In this document: in pieces, positions 36,396 through 49,619 of the stretch
How positions within the stretch are numbered: the stretch's first letter is position 1
Layout of the letters: every line of letters begins with the position of its first letter
NCBI GenBank assembly: GCA_038087875.1
Contig: JAXLNO010000341.1
Location: 124,001-188,000 of the forward strand
Direction: 5' to 3'
Source of the DNA: Malacoraja senta
Taxonomy: Eukaryota
DNA: 64,000 nucleotides
Notes under the pieces: model-generated
The model's database searches: none
What the model saw: only the letters and a program-made list of their open reading frames with translations
What the model was told of the DNA's origin: nothing
Program-made: the position numbers and the translations under genes

Positions 36396-38689
36396 TGTTC
36401 AAGTTTTAATCAACTTTTAACTGATTACATTTGCTCTATATGATGTGTACTACGCAATTGTTTCCAGCTGTATCATGGTTCTTCTCTATTCAGCCTTTTG
36501 ATATTCAATTATAGATAGATATATGATTTGTATTTCTAGCATTTCAGTGATTGAGATAATTCACATGTTGTGTTAATATGTTCATGCAAATGAGATCTGC
36601 AAAGCACAGTAAATTCAATTTGCTTTTTTGTTTGAGCATTTCCTAACTACATAAATAAGAATTAAAACTCTAAGAATTTGTGATTGAAGACGGGCTTTGC
36701 GATTCTGTTTGGACAAATCACAGCAGCAGTCAAATTTTTTTATTTAATATGGGAAATCTCTTCCAAAAATGACTATCTAGAAATGATCCCCAAAATGTTG
36801 CACCAAACACCAAAAATGTAGAGGTTGGGGTTTCTGTTTTCAAAATTTGGTGCCATTGCATTTGGTGGAATTTCAGAATGGAGAACGCCATGCAACTGTT
36901 ACTAGATAGCACCTAGAACAGAACAGTACAGCACAGAAACAGGGCCTTTGGCCCACAATGTCCGTGCCATAACATGATGCAAAGTTAAACTAATCTCATC
37001 TGCCTGTACGTACTAGCCAGCACATGTCATGCTTCTGGCTGAGGTTGAATTTCTGGGCAGATCTCTGCACCATGTTGTAAAGGAGAACTGGTGGTGTTCG
37101 CTGCAAAGAATGTATTATTCTGAAGGAACAAAAATCCGGTTTCCCATTAAATTTGTCAGACATATTGATTATTTTTTTTAATAAATGATGATTTTTAAAC
37201 AGCATTTGTATTTTTTAAGTTAAACTAGGACCAATGACATCTGGGATTTATTGTAACTCCTATAACATGGATAGATATCCCAAGATAGAGAGGTCACCAG
37301 GATACAAAATATGAATGTCTGAGGTAATGGAGAAACTGGCATCATTTTGGGCTTGATGAAACATAATATTGATACGAACGAGCCATCAAGCTTATTGATT
37401 TCATATAATCTATGTTGTCTTCTGTTTAATCTTCTCTGTGTTCTGCATAAATACTTGCCATTCATCCAAGCAAACTCTCCCAGCACCAGCAAACAAAGTT
37501 TCTAGACTTCAGTTTCCAAGATTAGAAAAAAATATTGTATTTAGTTACTTATTAACATGTGAATCAGGTGCCTGCAAAGTTAGCTCCTGACGAATTTCCA
37601 TAGTCGCATCCATCACGGTAAACAAACCCAGAGATTTTCGTCTTTGAAATGCGCAAAAAGTAAGGATAAAGTGAAGATTAGTTACTGGAGGATAGCAATG
37701 CTCTGCATCTGACAAGCATTTCTTGAAAACATTGTTAGTTTATCCAAGAATGAGGATACTGCTGTGAAATCCACCGTTCCTCTAGCACGCATCAGAAATC
37801 TTGAGTGATTGCTGGGAGGGTTGATATTCACGAATTACAGGCAGCAGTTTTCGCCATTGATTCACATTTCCCCATCTATATGATTAACACCTTTATTTGT
37901 AGCTATGTTGCCATTGTAATTGGGTTCTCTTAAAATCATGCTGTTGAAGTTCTATAATCGATTATTGATTCTCGGATTAAAACTAGTAATGTTCTTACAT
38001 TTTGGAAACCCTGATAATTTTTTTGATTAGTAAATGTTGGCACAATGTATAAAACAACAGGATACCCCATGAAGGGTGTATAATGTGTGTAAGCATTCAC
38101 CCTACTGGTCTTTATGAAATGGGAAACACAAAAATTGGATATGTACATGAATTTGCTAGCACTTGTAAATGGTTACTGCCGTTATATGTATTTATAATAA
38201 ATACAACAGGAGTTTTGATCCATAAACCGCACTGAATTATAGAGAAAAGGGCTGCACTAACTCGCATACCAGAAGAAAACCCAAAAATGGCAACTAATAA
38301 ATAAACTTGCTTATGACTGTAAATAATGTCTTGTTTCCTTATTTTGACATTGAATTATGATGTAAAGCTAACTTACCAGCAAATGGCTTCTACATTTTTC
38401 TGTATAAAGTCTGATTGTTGTGTGTGTCAATAAATACATTTTCTCATTTGTTCCATATATCTTAGTATGATGCTTTTACACGAAAAAGGTCCAGTGAACC
38501 ATTCCCTCATCTCATTTCGTCAGGATTGATGCAAAGTTAGGCCAGGGCACTAGAAATCTGAATGACCTGTTGGAGGTGTGTAGGACCACCACTGATTTTC
38601 CAGCAACTGATGCACCAGCACCTCCGTTAACCTGGACAGAATTACAAGGGCCCCCCCGGAAGACCACCTGAAAATATTCGATTAAGCTG

Positions 38690-38905
38690 TCTAATAGGGA
38701 TCTGAGGGGTAGCTTTTTCACACAAAGGGTGGTGGGTGTATGGATCAAGCTGCCCTAGGAGGTAGTTGAGGCTGGGACTATCCCAACATTTTACAAACAG
38801 ACAGGTACATGGATAGGACAGGGTTGGAGGGATATGGACCAAACGCGGGCAGGTGGGACATGTGGGCAAGTTGTGCCGAAGGGCCTGTTTCCACACTGTA
38901 TGACT
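38690..38905 (+). mobile_element. CR1 3' end
   Basis: tttttcacacaaagggtggtgggtgtatgg...gaagggcctgtttccacactgtatgac. Confidence 0.8.
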
Positions 38906-39609
38906 TGACCTCACCGACACTTCCACAGCCGATTAGCGGGTCAAATTTGCCCCTCTGCGGCCGGGGCACTTGAACTCTGGCACCGGCTGGAGCAGGCATT
39001 TCCGTTCCCATATCTGACTCCCTTGGCCAACGTTGCGGGCCGGTATTTCAACCCTTCGGCAGCCAAGACGGAATGTTCCAGTGCCATTCAACTCCTCTCG
39101 GAGGCCGTGACCTATGTTGGTCAAGCAAAATGCACAAACCAGATGGGCTCTGGAACTAAGGGTGCTGGATAATCGGTGGTGGGCCTATGAGAAGGCAGGA
39201 GAATGGGATTAGAAGGGAGAGATAGATCAGCCATGATTGAATGGTGGAATAGATTTGATGGGCCAAATGGCCTAATTCTACTCCTATTCCTTATGACCTT
39301 CAAGGGGATTTGTAGATTTCACTTTTTCAAAAGTCATAAAATAGTTCACTTACAGTTCGCTTTCTTCAGTTCAGGAAATACCCTGTTTTCTTTTTATATT
39401 TATTATAAATGTTTTAATTGTGCATAATAATGACACGGACTGAAACACTTGAAACATTGGTGTAATTGAGATTTCGTGTAAATTGATCCTTTTGGCATTC
39501 CTCGCCACCAGACTTGGAAAAAGTGTCATTTCACATGTAGATTCCGTCATTGCGACAAGGCCACCTTAGTTTATTTTTGTGAAGTAAAAAAGGTCTCTCT
39601 GGTGGGATG

Positions 39610-42275
39610 GTACACAAAAATGCTGGAGAAACTCAGCGGGTGCAACAGCATCTATGGAGCGAAGGAAATAGGCAACGTTTCGTGCCGAAACCCTTTTTCA
39701 GACTGATAGGGGGTGGGGAGAAGAAAGGAAAAAAAGGCGGAGGAGGAGCCCGAGGGCTGAGGGAGGGGAGGAGAAAACCAGAGGGCTGATGAAGGGGAGG
39801 GGACAGCAAGGGCTAGCAGAATTGGGAGAATTCAATGTTCAAGCCCCCAGGATGTAGACGGCCCAAGCGGAATATGAGGTGCATTTCCTCCAATTTCCGG
39901 TGTTGCTCGCTGTGGCCATGGAGGAGACCCAGGACAGAGAGGTCAGATACGGAATGGGAGGGGGAGTTGAAGTGCTGAGCCACCGGGAGGTCAGGTTGAT
40001 AATTGCGGACCGACCGGAGGTGTTCGGCGAAACGATCTCCAAGCCTCCGCTTGGTCTCACCGATGTAGATCAGCTGGCATCTAGAGCAGCGGATGCAATA
40101 GATGAGGTTGGAGGAGATGCAGGTGAACCTCTGTCGCACCTGGAACGACCGTCGGTGATGGTGGCCTGGTGCTCGTCAGTAGGGTCATGGTCCAGGGGTA
40201 CGTAGGAGGAGGTGTCCGAGAGTTGGCACGTGGCCTCAGCTTTGTAGAGATCGACGCGCCAGACTACCACGGCACCTCCCTTGTCGGCGGGTTTGATAAC
40301 CCAATCTAGGTTGGGTTATCCCTGGACCATGGACCATACTTACCCCTGGACCATGACCCTACTGACGAGCACCAGGCCACCATCTCCAGCACCATCACCG
40401 ACTTCACCCACGCCCTGCCCGACTGAGCCTCCAACCTCATCGTTCCCCAGCCCCGCACAGCCCGCTTTTACCTTCTCCCCAAAATCCACAAACCTGACTG
40501 TCCCGGTAGACCCATTGTCTCTGCCTGTTCGTGCCCCACCGAACTCATCTCCACCTACCTCGACTCCATCCTATCCCCCTTGGTTAAATCCCTCCCTACC
40601 TATGTTCAAGACACCTCAGACACTCTCCGTCATCTCCGCGCATTCCACTCTCTAGGCCCTCACCCCCTCATCTTCACCATGGACGTCCAGTCATTGTACA
40701 CCTCCATCCCCCACCAGGATGGTCTCGAAGCCCTCCGTTTTTTCCTCGACCGAAGAAGCAACCTATACCCGGCCACTGACACCCTCCTCCGCCTAGCGGA
40801 GCTGGTCCTTACCTTCAATAACTTCTCATTTGACTCCTCCCATTTCCTCCAAATACAAGGCGTAGCTATGAGCACACGCATGGGCCCCAACTACGCCTGC
40901 CTCTTTGTCGGGTACGTGGAACAATCCTTGTTCAATGCGTACCAGGGCCCCATCCCCGACCTCTACCTCCGCTACATCGATCACTGTTTTGGTGCCACAT
41001 CCTGCACCCACACACAACTGACTGACTTCATCCGCTTCACCACCAACTTCCATCCGGCACTCAAATACACCTGGACCATTTCCGACACTACCCTACCATT
41101 CCTTGACCTCACTATCTCCATCGCAGGTGATAGACGTCTTACCGACATCCACTACAAACCTACCGACACCCATGCCTATCTGGACTACACTTCTTCCCAC
41201 CCTGGTTCCTGTAAGGACTCCATCACCCACTCCCAATTCCTCTGTCTACGCCGCATCTGCTCCCAGGATGAGGCGTTCCACACCAGGGCATCCGAAATGT
41301 CCTCATTCTCAGGGGAACGGGGGTTCCCCTCCTCCACCATAGATGAGGCTCGCACCAGGGTCTCTGCCATACCCCGCAACACTGCTCTCTCTCCCAATCC
41401 CCCCACTCACAACAAGGGCAGAGTCCCCCTAGTCCTCACCTTTCACCCCACCAGCCGTCACATACAACAAGTGATCCTCCGTCAGTTTCGCCACCTCCAA
41501 CGTGACCCCACCACTCGCCAGATCTTCCCATCTCCCCCCATGTCTGCCTTCCGCAAAGACCGTTCCCTCCGTAACTCCCTTGTCAATTCTTCCCTTCCCT
41601 CCCGTACCACCCCCTCCCCGGGTACTTTCCCTTGCAACCGCAAGAGATGCAACACTTGTCCCTTCACCTCCCCCCTCGACTCCATTCAAGGACCTAAGCA
41701 GTCGTTCCAGGTGCGACAGAGGTTCACATGCATCTCCTCCAACCTCATCTATTGCATCTGCTGCTCTAGATGCCAGCTGATCTACATCGGTGAGACCAAG
41801 CGGAGGCTTGGAGATCGTTTCGCCGAACACCTCCGGTCGGTCCGCAATAACCAACCTGACCTCCCGGAGGCTCAGCACTTCAACTCCCCCTCCTATTCCG
41901 TATCTGACCTCTCTGTCCTGGGTCTCCTCCATGGCCACAGCGAGCAACACCGGAAATTGGAGGAAATGCACCTCATATTCCTCTTGGGCAGGCTACATCC
42001 TGGGGGCTTGAACATTGAATTCTCCCAATTCTGCTAGCCCTTGCTGTCCCCATCCCCTTCATCAGCCCTCTGGTTGTCTCCTCCCCTCCCCCAGCCCTCG
42101 GGCTCCTCCTCCGCCTTTTTTCCTTTCTTCTCCCTACCCCCTATCAGTCTGAAGAAGGGTTTTGGCCCGAAACGTTGCCTATTTCCTTTGCTCCATAGAT
42201 GCCGCTGCACCCGCTGAGTTTCTCCAGCATTTTTGTGTACCTTCAATTTTCTAGCATCTGCAGTTCCTTCTTTAA
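39610..42275 (+). mobile_element. Penelope-like element (Neptune-type) with inverted 5' segments and 15-bp TSD
   Basis: TSD ctctctggtgggatg at 39595-39609 and 42276-42290. 39610-40149 is an inverted copy of the 3' end; 40150-40312 is an inverted upstream RT piece (IKPADKGGAVVV); the forward body runs from about 40340. Confidence 0.95.
40580..42037 (+). pseudogene. Penelope RT plus GIY-YIG endonuclease frame (485 aa, N-terminally truncated)
   Basis: FTMDVQSLYTSIP, QIQGVAMSTRMGP, YLRYIDHCF (second catalytic Asp replaced by His), Cys linker CNRKRCNTC, LIYCICCSRCQLIYIGET; an in-frame TGA lies upstream near 40424. Confidence 0.9.
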
Positions 42276-42384
42276 CTCTCTGGTGGGATGTCAGGCTGGA
42301 CCTGGGGTGCCCTGTGTACCTTCTGATTGTGGCACCACATGTTGTACATAATAATGCACATTTCTGCTACAGTAAACAAACAAT

Positions 42385-42890
42385 CATAGATCATAATTGA
42401 TAGGAGTAGAAGTAGCTAATTAATTCTACTCTGCCATTCAATGATCTATCTCCCTCCTAACCCCATTGGCCTGCGTTCTCCCCATAACCTCTGACACCCG
42501 TACTAATCAAGAATCTATCTCTGCCTTAAATATATCCACTGACAGCCTCCACAGCCTTCTGTGGTAAAGAATTCCACAGATTCACCACCGAAGAAATTCC
42601 TCCTCATCTCCTTCCTAAAAGGACGTCCTTTCATTCTAACCTCTAGTCCTAGACTCTCACACGAGTGGAAACATCCTCTCCACATCCACTCTATCTAAGC
42701 CTTTCACTATTCTTTAAGTTTCAATGAGGTCCCCCCACCCCTCATTCTTCTAAACTCCAGTGATTACAGGCCCAGTGCCGTCAAGCGCTCATCATATGTT
42801 AACCTACTAATTCCTGGGATTATTCTTGTAAATCTCCTCTGGACCCTCTCCAGAGCCAGCACATCCTTCCTCAGATATGGTGCCAAGTTC
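42385..42890 (-). mobile_element. CR1 3' fragment
   Basis: Reverse complement of the 5340-5772 type sequence plus tail. Confidence 0.85.
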
Positions 42891-43161
42891 CAATGAGACA
42901 GTGGATTGATTGCTCTGTATGAACACTCAGCTATCTGTAGTACTCACTAATTACTTGGAAGGACTCCAATAACAGTGTTATCTTACCATGTAAATAATAA
43001 TTGCTTGGCAATGCCAGCAGGAAACTAATTTCAAATACTACGGTATTGATGGCAGTAAACCAGCATTCTAGTCGTGCACAGTCTGTGATGGTACTAGGAT
43101 GGTTGAGACCTCAAAGCTTTGTCCACGTAATTCAGGGACACTGCATTGCTGCCCTATGGAG

Positions 43162-44043
43162 CAATGTCGAGGAGGATGCTATGAGAATGCAGGGTGACTT
43201 GGACAGGTTGGGGGAGTGGGCAGATGCATGGCAGATGAAGTTTATTGCGGATAAATGTGAGGTTATCCACTATGGTAGCAAAAACAGGAAGGCAGATTAC
43301 TATCTAAATGGCGTCAAGTTGGGACAAGGGGAAGTACAACGGGATCTGGGGGTCCTTGTACATCAGTCTATGAAAGTAAGCATGCAGGTACAGCAGGCAG
43401 TGAAGAAAGCGAATGGCAATTTGGTCTTTATAACAAGAGGAATCAAATATAGGAGCAAAGAGGTCCTTCTGCAGTTGTACAGAGCCCTAGTGAGACCACA
43501 CCTGGAGTATTGTGTGCATTTTGGTCCCCTAATTTGAGGAAGGACATTCTTGTTATTGAGGGAGTGCAGAGTAGGTTTACAAGGTTAATTCCCGGGATGG
43601 CGGGACTGTCATATGTTGAGAGAATGGAGCAGCTGGGCTTGTACACTCTGGAGTTTAGAAGGATGGGGGGGATCTCATTGAAACATAAGATTGTTAAGGG
43701 CTTGGACACGCTAGAGGCAGGAAACATGTTCCCGATGTTGGGGGAGTCCAGAACCAGGGGCCACAGTTTAAGAATAAGGAGTAAGCCATTTAGAACGGAG
43801 ACGAGGAAAAACAGAGAGTGGTGAGTCTGTGGAATTCTCTGCCTCAGAGGGCAGTGGAGGCCGGTTCTCTGGATGCTTTCAAGAGAGAGCTAGATAGGGC
43901 TCTTAAAAATAGTGGAATCAGGGGATATGGGGAGAAGACAGGAACAGGGTACTGATTGGGGATGATCAGCCATGATCACATTGAATGGCGGTGCTGGCTC
44001 GAAGGGCCGAATGGCCTACTCCTGCTTCTATTGACTATTGTCT
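43162..44043 (+). mobile_element. CR1 LINE 3' part, relatively young
   Basis: MQGDLDRLGEWADAWQMKF..KC..RDLGVLV..LYRALVRPHLEYC, then the 3' UTR and a (ctattgt) tail. Confidence 0.93.
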
Positions 44044-44122
44044 AATGTGGTAGAGCAGCAAAAATAATTGCCCGTCTCATTCAGCACCACGTTCAATTCA
44101 ACCCCCTTTAAGTATGAGGGTC

Positions 44123-45491
44123 AGTTTAGTTTAGTTTAAAGATGCAGCGCGGAAACAGGCCCTCGGCCCACTGGGTCCGCGCCGGCCAGCCATCCCCACG
44201 CATTAACACTACCCTACACACACCAGGGACAATTTTTACATTTACCAAACCAAATAACCTACATACCTGTACATCTTTGGAGTGTGGGAGGAAACCGAAG
44301 ATCTCTGAGAAAACCCACACGGTCACAGGGGGAAAACATAAAAACTCCGTGCAGACGGCACCATTAGTTAGCAATGTTACAAAATTTTGAGATTTTAAAA
44401 ATCAAGTCTGCAATTTATCCCATCAGATAAAGCATAAAAAGAAGTTTAATTTGACACCTAATTCACTTTCATATCTTCAGTATTAAAAGTTATGGCAATT
44501 TTCATACTCGGAATTTAGCATCTTGTTCCCTATTGCTTTTCCATTGACTTAACACAAAAGCTGTGATCGAGGACAGTCAAAAGCCCCATAACTTTCTTAA
44601 AAATTAAGAGAACTGAAAGAAATTTTCAGTTATTATAAATTGAAGCATTCTGAAACAAATATGAAACAATCTTACTTGGATGACCTGAAATTAAAGCATA
44701 TAATTAGTTAGTTACCTAATTGTAGCTAATTACAAAATTCAATTACTAGATCTAAACATCTATCCATTTCTTAAGAAAAGATTAACATTTTAAATAGCCT
44801 AAGTGTCCAAATAACATTCACACAAGAATTCACAATATAACATGATTTTCAAATCTCATTGTCATGAATATATAGGCCAAATGGAAGGAATTTAATGTTT
44901 AATTCCCGTAAATTAATGGCCATTTAAATCATCTTGCGAGTGGGTTTTTGTGGAACGCGATCGATTGGAACGTTGCGGTTGCAGTGAATTTTAACCCCAT
45001 ATCGGCAGGAAAAACACTGCCGGTTCGTATGGGGCCATAATCACATTTTCGCCAAGGAAATTTTGATTAAAGTCATCCTAAGAAGCAAGTTTATATGTAA
45101 AATAGACGACTTACCTTATGTTTTCTCCCCTACGTGAGATCCGTCCCGTTGTTGGCGTTGATGGCGTTAGAAGTCGCTTTTTTATTTTACTCCAGCGATT
45201 AAATTGTCCCACGATTTTTTTTTTAAACTTCAGAGATCGCAAGTCGGAACGATTTTTCAGCATCAGCTAGCAGCCCAAGAAAAATATATCTCGGACAGGC
45301 AGGAGAAAACGGCATTTTAATCCCCCGCCTCCCCCCTCCGTCCTCAAAGGCGCCAAAGTTGCGCACCCGGCCAGTGGCAGAACTGCAGCGCCGCTGAAGG
45401 TAAGTATTGAAACACCTACATTAGTCGGGATGGAACCCGGGTCTCCAGCGCTGTAAGGCAGCAACTCTATCGCTGCACCACCGTGCCGCCC
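44123..45491 (-). mobile_element. V-SINE split in two (44123-44368 and 45419-45491) by an insertion
   Basis: The halves join as cagacggcac-cattagt-cgggatggaacccgggtctcc, colinear with intact copies. Confidence 0.85.
44369..45418. mobile_element. Unclassified 1050-bp non-coding DNA-transposon-like insertion
   Basis: Termini TAG...CTA; 7-bp TSD cattagt at 44362-44368 and 45419-45425; only a short imperfect subterminal IR (tgttacaa / ttgaaaca). Confidence 0.8.
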
Positions 45492-45891
45492 TTCTTGAAT
45501 TATTGAGCTGCTAGGTTTAATGGGAATTATGGGTTTGTGAATGGATTGAGAGCACAGTATCTATGTTGCCCACCGGTAACACAGAGACTAATGGCTCAAA
45601 CAAAATGTTCGAACCTCTCCGTGACATCTGGGGAATTTAACTTCTCAATTAAATCTGGGTTAAAAAAATAAGTCTATTAAAAGGCTAGCCATCACTAACA
45701 TTGAACCTGAAGATGCTGGAATTTGCAAAGTATCTGGTTAACAATGCTCTTCAGGGGAATGATATCAATCCTCATAAATAGCTACGTAACCCTCTCCATT
45801 GTACCATGTTATACCAAAATGCAAGGATAACATTAGAGAAATCACCTGGTGTCAACCAAGGCTCAGGATTCTGCAAGTGCTTCCCATCCAC

Positions 45892-46177
45892 TTTAGACTT
45901 TAGAGATACAGCATGGAAATAGGCCCTTTGGCCCACTGAGTCCGTGCCGACCAGCGATCTTTAGCACTGTCCTAAGCACCAGGGACAATTTACAATTGAC
46001 AATTAACCTATAACTTGTACATCTTTGTGTGGGAGGAAACAGGAGCACCCAGGGAAAACCCCCACGGTTACGGGGAGAATGGGCAAATTGCGTACAGACA
46101 GCACCCGTAGGCGGGATCGAATCTGAGTCTCTGGCACTGTTACGCATCAACTCCACCGCTGTGGCACTGTGCTGCCC
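45892..46177 (-). mobile_element. V-SINE (HE1-like)
   Basis: Same family as 3062-3384. Confidence 0.8.
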
Positions 46178-46481
46178 GCAAAGTTATCTTTGCAAAGGTC
46201 AGCACACTAATGTCTTGTGTGTGACAATATTGGGAATGCTGTCTCATGGAGTCAGAGCTATAGAGCATGGAAACAGGCTCTTCAGGCCAACTTTCTAACC
46301 ATGTACTTACCTAAATCTTTTAAATGGGTAATTGTACTCACCTCTAAAACGTCTATTGGCTGCACATTCTATATGACCCACTATGTAAAAAAAGTTGGCC
46401 CGTCTGGTCCCCTTTAAATCTTTAAGCTTTCTCCTTAAATCTATGCCCCCTAATTTTAGACTCCCCCCACCCCCACCAACT

Positions 46482-47545
46482 GCTGATGCTAGTTTACAAA
46501 AAAAGAGACAAAGCACCGGAGTAACTCAGCGGGTCAGGCAGCATCTCTGGAGAACATAGACCTTTTGGGTCGGGACCCTTCTTCAGACTGATAGTGGTGA
46601 GAGGTGGGGTGGTGGGTTGGGGGAAAAGAGAGCTGGAAGAGGGGAGAGGCAGGACGAACCCTGGCAAGTGATAGGTGGATACACATGAGGGGGCTTTTTG
46701 ATAGATGGTTGGACAAAAGCCCGAGATGAAAAGACAAAAGGTGTGTGATAGAAGATATGTGAATTGTAAAGACAGAGGAAGGTATATAGGTGGAGGGTAG
46801 AAATGGGTGCACATCCAGGTGGAGTACAGGGAAGAATGGAGGGGAGGAGAAGAGATTTGTGTGTTAGCTACCTAAAATTGTAGAATTTAATTTTCATTCC
46901 ATTGGGTTGTAAGCTACTCAAGCGGATAATGAGGTGCTGTTCGTCCAGTTTGCGTGTGGCGTCACTCTAGCAATAGTGGAGTCCCAGGACAGAAAGATCA
47001 GTATGGGAATGGGAGGGGAGTTAAAATGGCTAGCAAACCAGGAGATCCAGTAGGACTTGGCAGACAGAACGCATGTGTTCGGCGAAACGATCGTCGAGTT
47101 TACGCTTGGTCTCACCAATGTAAAGGAGGCCACGTCGTGAATACCAGATGCAGTAGGTGAGGTTTGAGGAGGTGCTTGTGAACCTCTGCCTCACCAGGAA
47201 GGACCTGGATGGATGTGAGGGAGGAGATATACAGGGACAAATGTTTTATTTCCTGCGGTTTGCAGAGGAAAGTACCTGGGGAGTGGTGGGTTGGGTGGGG
47301 AGGGATGACTGATTCAAGGAGTTCCAGAGAGAGTACTCTGTGCAGAAGCCGGAAAGGGGTGTAGATGGAAAGATGTGATTTGGGATTATGTTGGAGGTGG
47401 TGGAAATGTTGGAGAATGATGTGCTGGATGCGGAGGCTGGTGGGGTGGAAGGTGAGGACCAGGGGAACTCTACCCTTGTTCCATCTACGGGGAGGGGGAG
47501 AGAGAGCAGAACGATGGGACACAGAGGAGACGCTGGTGAGGGATC
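46482..47545 (-). mobile_element. Penelope-like element, second and older subfamily
   Basis: WNKGRVPLVLTFHPTSLRIQHIILQHF, frameshifted GIY-YIG region, and a hammerhead-core tail near 46560-46590. Confidence 0.85.
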
Positions 47546-47664
47546 CATCTACAGCAAATCATAGACTGGAGCTTGGCATTCAACACCATCGTCCCCTCTA
47601 ATCCTATCCTCAAACTCAGGAAACTGGACCACTACTTGTTGCTATGCAACAGACTGATAAAGAT

Positions 47665-47871
47665 GCAGTCTGGGCCAAGCTGGCCATCTGCGAATCACAG
47701 CGCCAGGCAGAAGGGGGTTCTGCCCGAGCTGACTGCCTGCCCCTTTTCCAGGGTTATGTCCACGCCTGGGTGGTACTAGAAAGGGACTACGCTCTGTCCA
47801 CGGGCGCCCTGGGGGATTTCAGGGATTGCTGGGCACCACAGGAGGTGGAATGCATCCTTAATAAGGACGGT

Positions 47872-47872
<1 letters not shown>
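47665..47872 (+). mobile_element. Tx1-clade LINE C-terminal fragment
   Basis: AKLAICESQRQA..ADCLPLFQGYV..VVLERDYALST..FRDCWAPQ resembles Tx1 ORF2 C-termini; (GATA)n follows at 47872-47902. Confidence 0.65.
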
Positions 47873-47903
<31 letters not shown>

Positions 47904-47904
47904 T

Positions 47905-48600
47905 TTATTTGTTGTCATTTGAACCTAAGTTCAAACGAAATTTGGTTTCTGCAGTCATACAAACAAGTAAAAAGAACCAAGACACAACACAATTTACACA
48001 AACATCCATCACAGTGAATCTCCTCCTCACTGTGATGGAAGGCAACGTCTTATCTCTCCCCTGCACTCCACATTCTCCTCCCGATGTCAAAGTCAAAGCC
48101 CCCGGCAGGCGATTGTAGATATGTCCCGCGGCCATTAAAGCCGCACCGGGCGATGCAAGGCCACGCTCCGGGTCTTGATGTTGTAGCCCCCGGTAGCGCC
48201 AGCATGTCCCACGGCCACCAATGCCGCGCCGGGCGATGTCAGACCCCGCTCCAGGTCATCCTCAACCCCGCAACTCGGGCAGGAGTAGCTGCTGTTGCAG
48301 GAGCCCCGAAAAGCGGTCTCCCACCATGGACCTGCGAGCTCCCGATGTTACCGTCCACCAGACCTGCGGCTGAAGCCTCCGAATCTCCGGGGTCGGGAAG
48401 CAGCAGCGCGCCACCACAGCTCCTCCCGCTCCGAACTCGGCCAGCTCCACGATGGTGAATAGTCCGCAGGCTCCGCGACTGGAGCCCCAGGTCGTTCCGG
48501 TTGGAGGCCGCTCCACGGTGCTAGGCCCCAACGACAACGGAGACCCGACAGAGAAAGGTCGGGTCTCCCGTGCAGGGAAAATATTTTAAACGTTTCCCTG
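47905..48600 (-). mobile_element. Non-autonomous CpG-rich retroposon, related copy 2
   Basis: Shares aaacatccatcacagtg..cctcactgtgatggaaggcaa..gtcttatct with 5950-6010 but has a different tail. Confidence 0.6.
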
Positions 48601-48633
48601 GTTCCAGCATTCCTACGAACAGCATTCCTACGA

Positions 48634-48830
48634 ACAGTGGAGGCCAAGTCAGTGGATATTTTTAAGGCAGAGATAGATAGATCCTTGATTAGTACGGATG
48701 TCGGAGGTTATGGGGAGAAGGCAGGAGAATGGGGTTAGGAGGGAGAGATAGATCAGCCATGATTGAATGGCAGAGTAGACTTGATGGGTCGAATGGCCTA
48801 GTTCTACTCCAATCACTTATGACCTTAGGA
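48634..48830 (+). mobile_element. CR1 3' end, preceded by a 15-bp tandem duplication
   Basis: cagcattcctacgaa occurs twice, then the CR1 tail. Confidence 0.8.
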
Positions 48831-49619
48831 ACATATCAGGGCAGTGTTTCTCACATTCCCATCTATGCACCAGAGCCCCAGTTCCCATGCTCAGTTTATA
48901 CTCAACCGTTCCAGTGCTTCCACTTTCACACCAGAGCCCAGGTCCTTGCATTTACTTTAAACTCTGATAAGATCTTGTTCCCATGCTCTCCACACGTTCA
49001 CCGAGGCACCAGCTCCCAATCTCTGTAACGCACCAGAGCCGTGGTTCCCAAGCTCCCTCTATCACACTGGGCCTTTGGTTCCCTTTAAACTCACTGGGGG
49101 CCCCTTTCCTGTGCTTCCTTGAAACCTACCAGGTATTTGGAAAATTTGTTATACCACTGCACTGTAACATCTAAAGAAAGTGAATCAAAAGAGCATTGGA
49201 GTGATAATTGAATGGCACCCAATAGTCCAGAAAATCTGCTAACCCAAAGTCTGAAGTGTGCTGGATTGTTGGAATTTTACAGTGGTAGGACTTCTGTGAA
49301 GAGACGAAATGGAACTATTCCCAGTGACCAGACCATTAAAAAAATGATTTAGTGTACTTCTAAAATTCTTTCAATATAATGTTCTTGAATTCAGAAAATA
49401 ATTCAATAGTTTAGAAATGTCTTTGCCTATAACAATAAACCTACTTGAAGCAGACTGAGGCAATGTCTGCACTGCTTAAAGAGGACGTGCGCATTGCCAT
49501 CCCTGTGAGGAGGATTATTCTGCATGTTTGGGATGGTTGTAGATGAACTAACAGAACATGGCATGAGGTGGCGATTGTGGTTTTCAGACACAGTTCTGGT
49601 GGTCTTGGAGGGTGAGCTA

